Source of the DNA: Opitutales bacterium
GTDB lineage: Bacteria > Verrucomicrobiota > Verrucomicrobiia > Opitutales > UBA2995
Reading direction: 5' to 3'
Assembly: GCA_964291575.2 (NCBI GenBank)
Contig: OZ219850.1
Location: 170,808-234,807 of the forward strand
Length of the DNA: 64,000 nt
The notes beneath the pieces are model-generated. The model was not told where the DNA came from. It saw only the letters and a program-made list of their open reading frames with translations, and ran no database searches. Shown here one piece after another: positions 56,734 to 64,000 of the stretch (position 1 is its first letter; each line of letters opens with the position of its first letter). Position numbers and translations under genes: made by a program.

Positions 56734-58080
56734 CAGGTCGCCAGGCGGAGGTTCGGACGCCTGCCCGCCAGCCGCTTCATCAAATTGGGGATTCGGCGCC
56801 ATTTCCTGAGCCCCGATCCGGCGGCGCCAGTCCCGCAATGCGGCGGACAGGGTCTCCACCAACTCGGGATATTCCCCGGCCAAGTCGTTTTCCTCCCAGG
56901 GATCCTCCTTCAGGTCGAAGAGTTCAAAAGCTGGAAACTCAGCTGAATTGCCCATACTCCCTTCAAACCACTCGATCAACTTGTGGTTTCCGCGAAGGGC
57001 CGAACCACAAGGCCCCAGCCCGGTGTGATGATAGTGTGGGTAGTGCCAGAAGAAAGTTCTCGGCTCATCAATTGCACCTTCCCCGGAAATAACAGGCAGC
57101 AGGTTCAACCCGTCCAGCTCTGCTTCCGGCAACCTCGCCCCCGTCATGGCCGCCAATGTGGGAAGCAGGTCGGCCAGGGAAACAGCCCCCTCAATGACGC
57201 GTCCCCCGTCCAAGCCCCCGGGCCACCGCATCAGGAAGGGCACGCGAAGCCCGCCCTCATAGAGGTCGGATTTGGCCCCTCGCCAGGGTTTGCGAACGTT
57301 GCTGTCGGCATAGGCGCCATGATCGGAGGTAAAAACGACAATGGTGTCCTCCCGCCCACCCGACTGGTCCAGAGCCTCCATCAACCGGCCAAACGCATCG
57401 TCCAACTCCGCCACCATGGCCGCCTGGGTTGGATGAACCCACTCCTTCTCCCGGGGAGGTTTGTTTTGAAAGCGTTCCAGGTAAGTCGATGGAGCTATCT
57501 CCGGACGGTGAATGGTGTTGTGAGCCAACACACACAGGAACGGCTTGTCGCGGGGTCGCCGGAGAAACTCAATGGTCCGGTCCGTCAGTTTCCGCACATT
57601 GTGGGCATCGTCCTCGGGATCGAAATGGGGCTTAGGCTTTAGCGTGACAAATACCTCGTCGAACCCATGGGATTCCGGATCCATGGGCCGGTGCCTCCGG
57701 TAATGGTAATCCTGCCCCAGGTGCCATTTTCCAATGTGAGCGGTTTCGTATCCCTGAGCTTTGAACACGTCTCCCAGGGTTTGCTCGTGAACCGGCAGTC
57801 CTTTTTGCCAATCCGGGGTAATCAAACGGGGATTGGCGGGAACGGTGCCCGGAATGTAATTGGTCAAATGCAGACGTGCCGGATGGCGCCCCGTGTAAAT
57901 CCCGGCCCGGGCCGGAGAGCAAACCGGCCCCGTGGCGTAAGCCCGGTCGAAGCGGATTCCCTTGCCGGCAAAAGCATCGAGATGCGGAGTCTCGTAGTAT
58001 CCGCTGCCGTAACAACCCAATTGGCAGGACGACAGATCATCCACGATGACCAGCAATATATTGGGATGGCTCCCCGTCAT
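56707..58080 (-). CDS. sulfatase (formylglycine-dependent) without a recognisable signal peptide
   Basis: 457 aa. ILLVIVDDLSSCQLGCYG and CSPARAGIYTG motifs. Starts directly MTGSHPNILLV. The last 8 residues KKGSNAKC and the TAA are encoded by the family C hairpin arm. Confidence 0.88.
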   Translation of the reverse strand: MTGSHPNILLVIVDDLSSCQLGCYGSGYYETPHLDAFAGKGIRFDRAYATGPVCSPARAGIYTGRHPARLHLTNYIPGTVPANPRLITPDWQKGLPVHEQTLGDVFKAQGYETAHIGKWHLGQDYHYRRHRPMDPESHGFDEVFVTLKPKPHFDPEDDAHNVRKLTDRTIEFLRRPRDKPFLCVLAHNTIHRPEIAPSTYLERFQNKPPREKEWVHPTQAAMVAELDDAFGRLMEALDQSGGREDTIVVFTSDHGAYADSNVRKPWRGAKSDLYEGGLRVPFLMRWPGGLDGGRVIEGAVSLADLLPTLAAMTGARLPEAELDGLNLLPVISGEGAIDEPRTFFWHYPHYHHTGLGPCGSALRGNHKLIEWFEGSMGNSAEFPAFELFDLKEDPWEENDLAGEYPELVETLSAALRDWRRRIGAQEMAPNPQFDEAAGGQASEPPPGDLKKGSNAKC

Positions 58081-58181
58081 TCCAATCCCCCTCTTGCCTT
58101 GTGTGACGACAGATCATCCACGATGACCAGCAATATATTGGGATGGCTCCCCGTCATTCCAATCCCCCTCTTGCCTTGTGT
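58028..58181. repeat. perfect 77-bp tandem duplication (2 copies) covering the sulfatase start codon, first 17 codons and 24 nt of leader
   Basis: 58028-58104 equals 58105-58181 base for base as read. Confidence 0.9.
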
Positions 58182-58215
58182 GCTTCTCGTGGCCATTTCC
58201 ACTTCTTGGACCAGG

Positions 58216-58302
58216 AAAAAGGGGTCAAACGCAAAATATTAAAATCCGATTGGCGGGGGGAAGTAGAGGAGGATTTCAACATTTTGCGTTTGACCCCTTT
58301 TT
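58216..58302. repeat. family C hairpin, copy 2 (inverted orientation)
   Basis: Arms at 58216-58246 and 58272-58302. The two mismatches are A-C on the plus strand, hence G-U on the minus strand. Confidence 0.9.
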
Positions 58303-58340
58303 CCCCTTTGCTTCTTGGCGGCTTTGCGAGAGACTCCTCT

Positions 58341-59933
58341 TTATATTTTTTCCGCCTTTCCCGCCTTTTCCGCCTCTTCTCTTCTCAACTTTCTCACCTG
58401 ATGAATGGTCAATTCCTCCACATGGGCCGGCCGGTAACCTCCGAAGAGGCGGCTGGTCAGATAACCCACGCCAAAGAGAATGAAGTGACCGAACAGGCCG
58501 ATGAGCATGGAGTTCATTTCCCAATTGAACCCGAAATCCAGGATGCGGCGGCCCTCCCCGTCGGGCTTGGACAAGAGGGCCCAGGAGGTAAAGATCACAC
58601 ATGCCGCAATTCCGTAATAGACCCCGGTGCGGGTGGCGCGCCGTGTCAGAAAACCGAGACAGAATAATCCCAGGGTACCGCCCGATATGATGGTGGCGAT
58701 GGTTATGGCCCGTTCCATCAGGGGAACCGATCCATCCTTGGGAAGCAACAGTATCGCTATGGTGGAGGCCGATAAGCCCCCGATCATTACAAAGAGCCGC
58801 CCGCAAATCAGGCGTGTTCTCTCCTTCACTTTGGGAAAGATATTTCCGAAGTAGTCGGTGGTCAGGACCGTTGCTATACTGTTGAGATCGGCGCTCACCG
58901 AGGACATGGCCGCGGCCAGGATTGCGGCCAATATCAACCCCAATACCCCCGCCGGAATGTAGTGGGAAAGAAAATAAGGCATGACCTCATCCGCCTTGAC
59001 GGGTCCGGCATCACCGGGCATCAGTTCGAAGAATCCATAGAAACTGCCCCCGATGAACATGAAGGCGAAGAATATGGGCAGGCAGCAAAACGCCCCCATC
59101 AAGGCGCCGCGGCTGGCCGCCTTGTCCGACTCGCCGATGAGGTAGTTCTGCACGATGTGCTGATCGGTGATATAGCGGCGGCTCCACTGAATGAAGTATG
59201 CGAAGAAGAAAATCCAGATGGTGGTGGTCTCCCGGTCGAAGAGCATGCGCCAGGAAAACTCCCAGGAACCGAAACTGTAACGGCCCGCCTCCCATGAAGA
59301 CTTGATGATACCCGCCGGATCCCCGATCTCCGGAGCAAACAGGACCCGGATCAGAATGAGCGCGGCTCCGCCCGACAAAATGATTCCCTGAGCCACGTTG
59401 GTCCAGGCCACCGCCGTGATGCCCCCGATCATGGTGTAGATCAAGGTGAACAGACCGGTGCCTAAAATGACATGCATGGGGTCCCAACCGGTAAAGACAT
59501 AAAGCGCTATGCCCGTCGTCACCAGCGTCACCCCGAGGTCGAAGGTGCGGTCGGCCAGAAATCCCAGCGAGGTGTAGATGCGACTGCCCAGTCCGAACCG
59601 GCGGCCGACAAATTCGTAGGCGCTCATCTGCACCACCCGCCGGTAAAAGGGCACGATCCACACCGCGACGATCAGGAGCACCAACGGCAGCAACATGTGC
59701 GGGAGGAACAGTATCATCCCCTTATCGTAGGCGGTGCCGGGGTGCCCGACAAAGGTGCCGCTCCCCACGATGGTAGCCATCAGGGTAAAACCCACCGCCC
59801 AGGACGGAATGGAACGGTCCGCCGTGAAGAACTTGCGCACGGTCCGTTGCCCGCGGGAGACGTAAAGCCCTATACCGGCAATGCACGTCAAATAGATTAG
59901 AACTACTACCCAGTCGATAACAGCTAACTCCAC
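58341..59933 (-). CDS. sodium:solute symporter (SSS) family transporter
   Basis: 530 aa, about 13 hydrophobic segments, with the typical SSS N-terminus (DWVVVLIYL...GLYVSRGQRTVRKFFTADRSIPSW). Confidence 0.88.
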   Translation of the reverse strand: MELAVIDWVVVLIYLTCIAGIGLYVSRGQRTVRKFFTADRSIPSWAVGFTLMATIVGSGTFVGHPGTAYDKGMILFLPHMLLPLVLLIVAVWIVPFYRRVVQMSAYEFVGRRFGLGSRIYTSLGFLADRTFDLGVTLVTTGIALYVFTGWDPMHVILGTGLFTLIYTMIGGITAVAWTNVAQGIILSGGAALILIRVLFAPEIGDPAGIIKSSWEAGRYSFGSWEFSWRMLFDRETTTIWIFFFAYFIQWSRRYITDQHIVQNYLIGESDKAASRGALMGAFCCLPIFFAFMFIGGSFYGFFELMPGDAGPVKADEVMPYFLSHYIPAGVLGLILAAILAAAMSSVSADLNSIATVLTTDYFGNIFPKVKERTRLICGRLFVMIGGLSASTIAILLLPKDGSVPLMERAITIATIISGGTLGLFCLGFLTRRATRTGVYYGIAACVIFTSWALLSKPDGEGRRILDFGFNWEMNSMLIGLFGHFILFGVGYLTSRLFGGYRPAHVEELTIHQVRKLRREEAEKAGKAEKI

Positions 59934-59952
59934 GATATAATCCTCGACTTCC

Positions 59953-60942
59953 TTACCAGGGCATCACCCGCCCCGTATGTTTACGACCGATTTCCGCCGC
60001 CTCCCGGCTGCCGCCGGCCGCTATATCGATTCCTCCATCGATACCGGAAATTACATTGTCGGGCAGAACGTTATTGAGAAAAGCCACCCCGGCCGCATCG
60101 GCCGCGGCCAGAACGCGATCGTTGGCCGCCACCACCTCCGGAGGCAAGGGGGGATCGGCCCGTCCCTCCAGGTACCCGTAGGACAACCCCATGTCGCGCG
60201 GACCCGACTCGACAAAGGCCAGCCCCGCCACCGCCGCGGTCGCCTCGCAGTTGCGCAGGGCATGGGGATCTTCGATCTTCACCCCCAACATGATTTCCCC
60301 CCGCGGGTTCAAGGGCCAGGTATCGGCCACCGTAAAATATTCCTCGCGGGTAAGCCCCCAGATCTTTCTGGCAAAACCATCGCTGCCCATACCGCGGACA
60401 CCTTCCTCGAGCCCCCCTTCGAGATCGAGTCCCTGTCGATGCACGGGGTAGCGGGCTTGCCGGACAAACTCCCGCACCGCCTCGGGGTCGCGGGCCCGGC
60501 ACAAATGAACCCCGTGGATGCCGGCCGAGAGCGCCTGCTGAACCATCCAGCCATTGATCTTCACCGATTGGGGGTCCAGGCCCATCAAGGGCAAGGTCAC
60601 GACCACGGCCGGTGTGCGGTGTCCGCTCGGAGTGGGTCCTCCCTCCAGCAACCCGGACATGAAGGACCGCAGGAGATTGAAATCCAGGGCGGAGTGCTCC
60701 ATGTCGTACATGATCAGATCCGCCCAGGTCTTGGACAGGGATTTCCCCAGCTCGAACATTTCTTCACCGGTGCGCGGCGCGTCGCTTCCACGGGCGCCGT
60801 AGGTATAGTAAATGGGTTGGCCGGCCTCCAACAACTCAATGGCCTTGTTGAGGCGCTTGGGACCTGAATACTCCGCCCCAAGACAGGAAGCCGCCGCGAA
60901 AGCGGCCAGAAAACAGGGAACTCGAAACACGCGCGACATCAT
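59953..60942 (-). CDS. HpcH/HpaI-family (2-keto-3-deoxy-sugar-acid) aldolase homologue with an N-terminal signal/lipoprotein-like peptide
   Basis: IMYDMEHSALD and GVKIEDPHALRNCEATAAVAGLAFVESGPRDMGLSYG match the HpcH/HpaI pattern. N-terminus MMSRVFRVPCFLAAFAAASCLGA. Start set at ATG 60942 (track start 60984). Confidence 0.75.
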   Translation of the reverse strand: MMSRVFRVPCFLAAFAAASCLGAEYSGPKRLNKAIELLEAGQPIYYTYGARGSDAPRTGEEMFELGKSLSKTWADLIMYDMEHSALDFNLLRSFMSGLLEGGPTPSGHRTPAVVVTLPLMGLDPQSVKINGWMVQQALSAGIHGVHLCRARDPEAVREFVRQARYPVHRQGLDLEGGLEEGVRGMGSDGFARKIWGLTREEYFTVADTWPLNPRGEIMLGVKIEDPHALRNCEATAAVAGLAFVESGPRDMGLSYGYLEGRADPPLPPEVVAANDRVLAAADAAGVAFLNNVLPDNVISGIDGGIDIAAGGSREAAEIGRKHTGRVMPW

Positions 60943-60961
60943 GACAGACGGGGTTGGTTGA

Positions 60962-62641
60962 TTAAAGGGATCCGGCGCCCACACCTTGGGGCGGGTCCTC
61001 TTTCAAAGTAAAGGTGCGGATAACATCGAAGGCGTTTACCCCGCCAGTAGTGGTTTGGACCGCGCCCCAGACTTCCATCCGGCGACCGTCGGAGGACTTG
61101 ATCACCCGCCACTGGCCATCCTCGTGATCTTCACTAAGGCGCACGGGGCGGCCGGCCAAATCGGAGGGCAGGGGCTCCGCCGTTTTCAGAACAGTGGAGT
61201 AAGTTTGGGAATTGAAGGAAAGGGATAGGATCCTGCCGCGGAGAGCATCTTCCAGAAATATATCTGCAATGGGTATTCGACTCGCATCCCCCACCGAAGG
61301 TTCAACCATGTTTCCCTCAAACGTCACCCTCGCCTCAATCGGCCCCACCGGTCCCTTGAGCACGTTTCCCGAAAAATAACTGGGCCCGAGGGTTTCCTTG
61401 TCCTCCAGGAACTTCCAATCCTGCCAGACCGTATTGTTCTCCGCTATGATCTCGGAACGTTGCAGATACATGCCGCCGTAGTTCTCAGCAATCACGTTCC
61501 CGACAAATTGAGCCCGTGACTCCATGGTTATCCGCATGGCTCCGGAGTTGTCCGCGGAGTTGCGGTTCCCCACAAAGAGATTCCCCTCTACCAGGACGTT
61601 AAACTGTTCTTTGGCCGGATAAGGGTCCAAGGGTGCATCGTAGCGGTGTTCCTGCCCTCCGATAAACAGCCCGCCCGCATCGTCGTCGCTGTAGTTGCCC
61701 ACAAAGACATTGGACGAAATTTCGGGCGCGGCCCACAGCGCCACAAAGACCCCGCCCGCGTCGTTGTTGGCCAGGGAGGAATTGGCTACGATAACGTTAC
61801 CGGAAAATTCCCCGCCCGACCCGTCAAACCAGGATACCGCCCCGCCATCGCTGCTGCGCATCGGATCGTCCATGCCGGCCCGGTTGTTGGCGAAAACATT
61901 GTTCTTCACCACCGGGTTGGCCCCTAAGTCCACCGCCAAGGCGCCCCCCCGACCACACTCGGTGGAGTTGTTGAAAAAATAGTTGTGCGAAATCTCGGGC
62001 TTGGCTCCGTTGAGGACCATGACGGCTCCTCCGTCATTGCCGGTCTCGTGGATGAGAGGAGGGTTCCACGGATCCGGGATCAGGGTGCGGTTGTTGACAA
62101 AGACGCAATTGGTTATGGTCGGAGAAACGCCGTCGCAATGAAGGGCGGCTCCTTTCCCTCTAACGCGCGCATCCACCAGATGAAAGCCGTCCAGCCGCGC
62201 ATGATCGGCCCCGAAGAGGATCCGCCGGTCCCCGTTCCCATCCAATACCGTAGCGTGGGCATAAACGTCGCGTTCGCCCCCCGGCCTTGCGTAGCCGCCA
62301 TACAAGTGAACATGCGGGCGCAATACAAAGGTCGGTTGCAGGTAGCGACCCTTGCAAACGAGCACGGCCACCCGGTGGTTCGGGGTGGCAAAGCCGGAAT
62401 GCTCAAGCGCGTGAACGATGCTGGCCCAGGGCTTGGATTTCGAGCCATCCCCGACCACGTCGTCTCCGGAACCTTCATCGACATAAAAGACTTGTCCGTA
62501 TTGTCCCGGATCCACCGCCTCCGACCGGGGTCCCACCATGGCTGGAAGAAGGATAGGGAAAAAGGCACAGAGGCACAGAGGCACACAGGCACAAAGGAGG
62601 CGCCGTCGGCGCCAATTTGGAATTAAGAAAGATGTAACCAC
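60962..62641 (-). CDS. right-handed parallel beta-helix (pectate-lyase-fold) protein, candidate polysaccharide lyase/hydrolase
   Basis: Repeated NN..G.GGA/DAGG beta-helix turns (FFNNSTECGRGGAL, FANNRAG, ANNDAGGVFV, SDDDAGGLFI, GNRNSADNSGAM). Start uncertain: GTG 62641 gives a signal peptide, ATG 62539 does not. Confidence 0.7.
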   Translation of the reverse strand: MVTSFLIPNWRRRRLLCACVPLCLCAFFPILLPAMVGPRSEAVDPGQYGQVFYVDEGSGDDVVGDGSKSKPWASIVHALEHSGFATPNHRVAVLVCKGRYLQPTFVLRPHVHLYGGYARPGGERDVYAHATVLDGNGDRRILFGADHARLDGFHLVDARVRGKGAALHCDGVSPTITNCVFVNNRTLIPDPWNPPLIHETGNDGGAVMVLNGAKPEISHNYFFNNSTECGRGGALAVDLGANPVVKNNVFANNRAGMDDPMRSSDGGAVSWFDGSGGEFSGNVIVANSSLANNDAGGVFVALWAAPEISSNVFVGNYSDDDAGGLFIGGQEHRYDAPLDPYPAKEQFNVLVEGNLFVGNRNSADNSGAMRITMESRAQFVGNVIAENYGGMYLQRSEIIAENNTVWQDWKFLEDKETLGPSYFSGNVLKGPVGPIEARVTFEGNMVEPSVGDASRIPIADIFLEDALRGRILSLSFNSQTYSTVLKTAEPLPSDLAGRPVRLSEDHEDGQWRVIKSSDGRRMEVWGAVQTTTGGVNAFDVIRTFTLKEDPPQGVGAGSL

Positions 62642-63586
62642 AAAAAATTTCTTGTTCGTGAAGCGATCCTGTTCCGGCGCGGCCGGATCAAGCGAAGCGT
62701 TGTCAGAAAAACTTTGCGATTCTTTGCCATTCTTTGCGTGCTTTGCGAGAGTCAAATTTGATCAGGATCAAGACTTTGCAGGGGACTGGAATGTCCTCTC
62801 TCCTTAATTCAATTGTAACTACTCAGGTCTCCAAAGCCTAGCCTGCATTTCTACCAAATTTTCATGGGATAGGGATGGAGGAGGGAGGATAAGGAATGAT
62901 GGAGTAATGGAGTGATGGAGTGATGGAGTATTGGAGTGATGGAGTGATGGAGTGATGGAATAATGGAATGTGGCGGAATCAGGATATAACGGAGAGGGGG
63001 TTTTCCATTGGATTTAACGGAGGGGGGACATTCCTGCCTGTCACGCCGGGAGGCGGATCCCCCATAACCCATAAAACAGGGGGTTGGAAACCCCCCTCTC
63101 CTTTAAATCCCAGTTGAAGAAAAAGGGGTCAAACGCAAAATGTTGAAATCGACCGCTAGCGTTCCCTCCTCCATCCAGATTTTAACATTTTGCGTTTGAC
63201 CCCTTTTTCGGTCGCACTCTCATTCTTTGCGTCCTTTGCCTCTTGGCGGCTTTGCGAGAGACTCCTCTTCACGTTTCCCTCCCAGTTGAAAATTCAATCC
63301 GTAATTATCCGTCCTCATCCGTGTAATCCGTGGTTGGTTCCTTTCAGCCTTTAGCCTTCAACCTTCAGCCTTTAGAATCCTTTGTGCCTTTGTGCCTTTG
63401 TGGATTCAATTCCTAATTCCTAATTGGCGCCAACGGAGCCTGTGCCTTCTTCTCTGCGATAATCTGCGTAATCTGCAGTTGGTGGTAAAAATTTTTTTGC
63501 GCTTTTTGTGCCTTTTGTGGTTCCCTTTTTCCTTACTGGCCGAAAAACCTGGCCGCGAAGCAACTGAATAGAACCATCCGTCCAAA
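62642..63586. repeat. mosaic word array (~0.95 kb) between divergent genes
   Basis: Inverted MITE right end at 62816, (GGAGTGATG)n, GGGGGGACATTCC palindrome half, AGGGGGTT-GGAA-ACCCCCCT hairpin, family C hairpin, CTTTGCG... word, CCGTGTAATCCGTGG, AGCCTTY units, TTTGTGCC x3, (TTCCTAA)n-TTGGCGCC, AATCTGCG units. Confidence 0.9.
63120..63208. repeat. family C hairpin, copy 3
   Basis: Same 31-nt arms as copy 1. The loop differs at a few positions. Confidence 0.9.
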
Positions 63587-64000
63587 GTGTCCCTTTCCTT
63601 CCCCATCGCCGCCATACACTGGCTGGATGGCACAGTAATTGTAGTCTACCTGCTCGGGATCACCCTCCTGGGGGTTCACACCGGCAAGCAGGTGAAGCGG
63701 TCGGCCGATTTTTTCATGCCCCGGCGCTTCGGCAAGGTCATGATGATCATGCATGCCTTTGGCACCGGCACCGCCTCCGACCAGGCCGTAACGGTTGCCT
63801 CGGGCACGGTGCGCAGCGGTCTCTCCGGAATCTGGTACCAGTGGTTGTGGCTTCTGGTTACACCCTTTTTCTGGATCATTGCCCCCATCATGCGGAGGTT
63901 TCGGGCCACCACTACGGCCGACGTATTCGAACTCCGCTACGACCGAAGCGTGTCCTTCCTGTTCTCCCTGGTCGGCATTCTCAGCATGATAGCCAAGATC
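63587..64000 (+). CDS. sodium:solute symporter family transporter, 5' part (runs off the right window edge)
   Basis: Not in the track because there is no in-window stop. The frame is open from stop TAG 63569-63571. GTG 63587 gives SLSFPIAAIHWLDGTVIVVYLLGITLLGVHTGKQVKRSADFFMPRRFGKVMMIMHAFGTGTASDQ..., a typical SSS N-terminus. Confidence 0.7.
   Translation, partial: MSLSFPIAAIHWLDGTVIVVYLLGITLLGVHTGKQVKRSADFFMPRRFGKVMMIMHAFGTGTASDQAVTVASGTVRSGLSGIWYQWLWLLVTPFFWIIAPIMRRFRATTTADVFELRYDRSVSFLFSLVGILSMIAKI

Overview
Bacterial chromosomal window with no rRNA, tRNA or CRISPR seen. Gene content looks like a marine polysaccharide-degrading PVC-type organism (Verrucomicrobiota/Planctomycetota-like); this is inference from content only. 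It includes four Cys-type sulfatases, two giant TonB-dependent receptors, FG-GAP, beta-helix, LamG/GH-like, GH31 and PhoD proteins, and many Sec/Tat-exported enzymes. Layout: 0.3-8.2 kb is an acyl-CoA/beta-oxidation-like cluster. 9-14 kb holds a TonB receptor, a small CxxCH lipoprotein and a 2-hydroxyacid dehydrogenase. 14.7-18.6 kb holds a ROK regulator and a YihQ-like GH31. 19-24.4 kb holds an alpha/beta hydrolase, a PQQ dehydrogenase-cytochrome c fusion and a thiolase. 24.8-64 kb is a sulfatase/CAZyme/deoxy-sugar-acid island with one IS110-family element. The most unusual signal is non-coding. From about 24.7 kb onward nearly every intergenic gap is filled with mosaics of a small vocabulary of micro-tandem words and hairpins. 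These mosaics (i) start at or within a few nt of stop codons, (ii) encode the N-terminal signal peptides of at least two exported enzymes, (iii) include a MITE with 8-bp target-site duplications (two intact copies), and (iv) include a ~220-bp leader+uORF+signal-peptide cassette shared by two unrelated enzymes. There are also several decayed genes (amidohydrolase, PLP enzyme remnant, class II aldolase, SGNH hydrolase, orphan Tat signal) and two perfect tandem duplications spanning start codons. I recognised no known defence system. The ORF track translates TTG/GTG starts as M, so several starts below are re-called.
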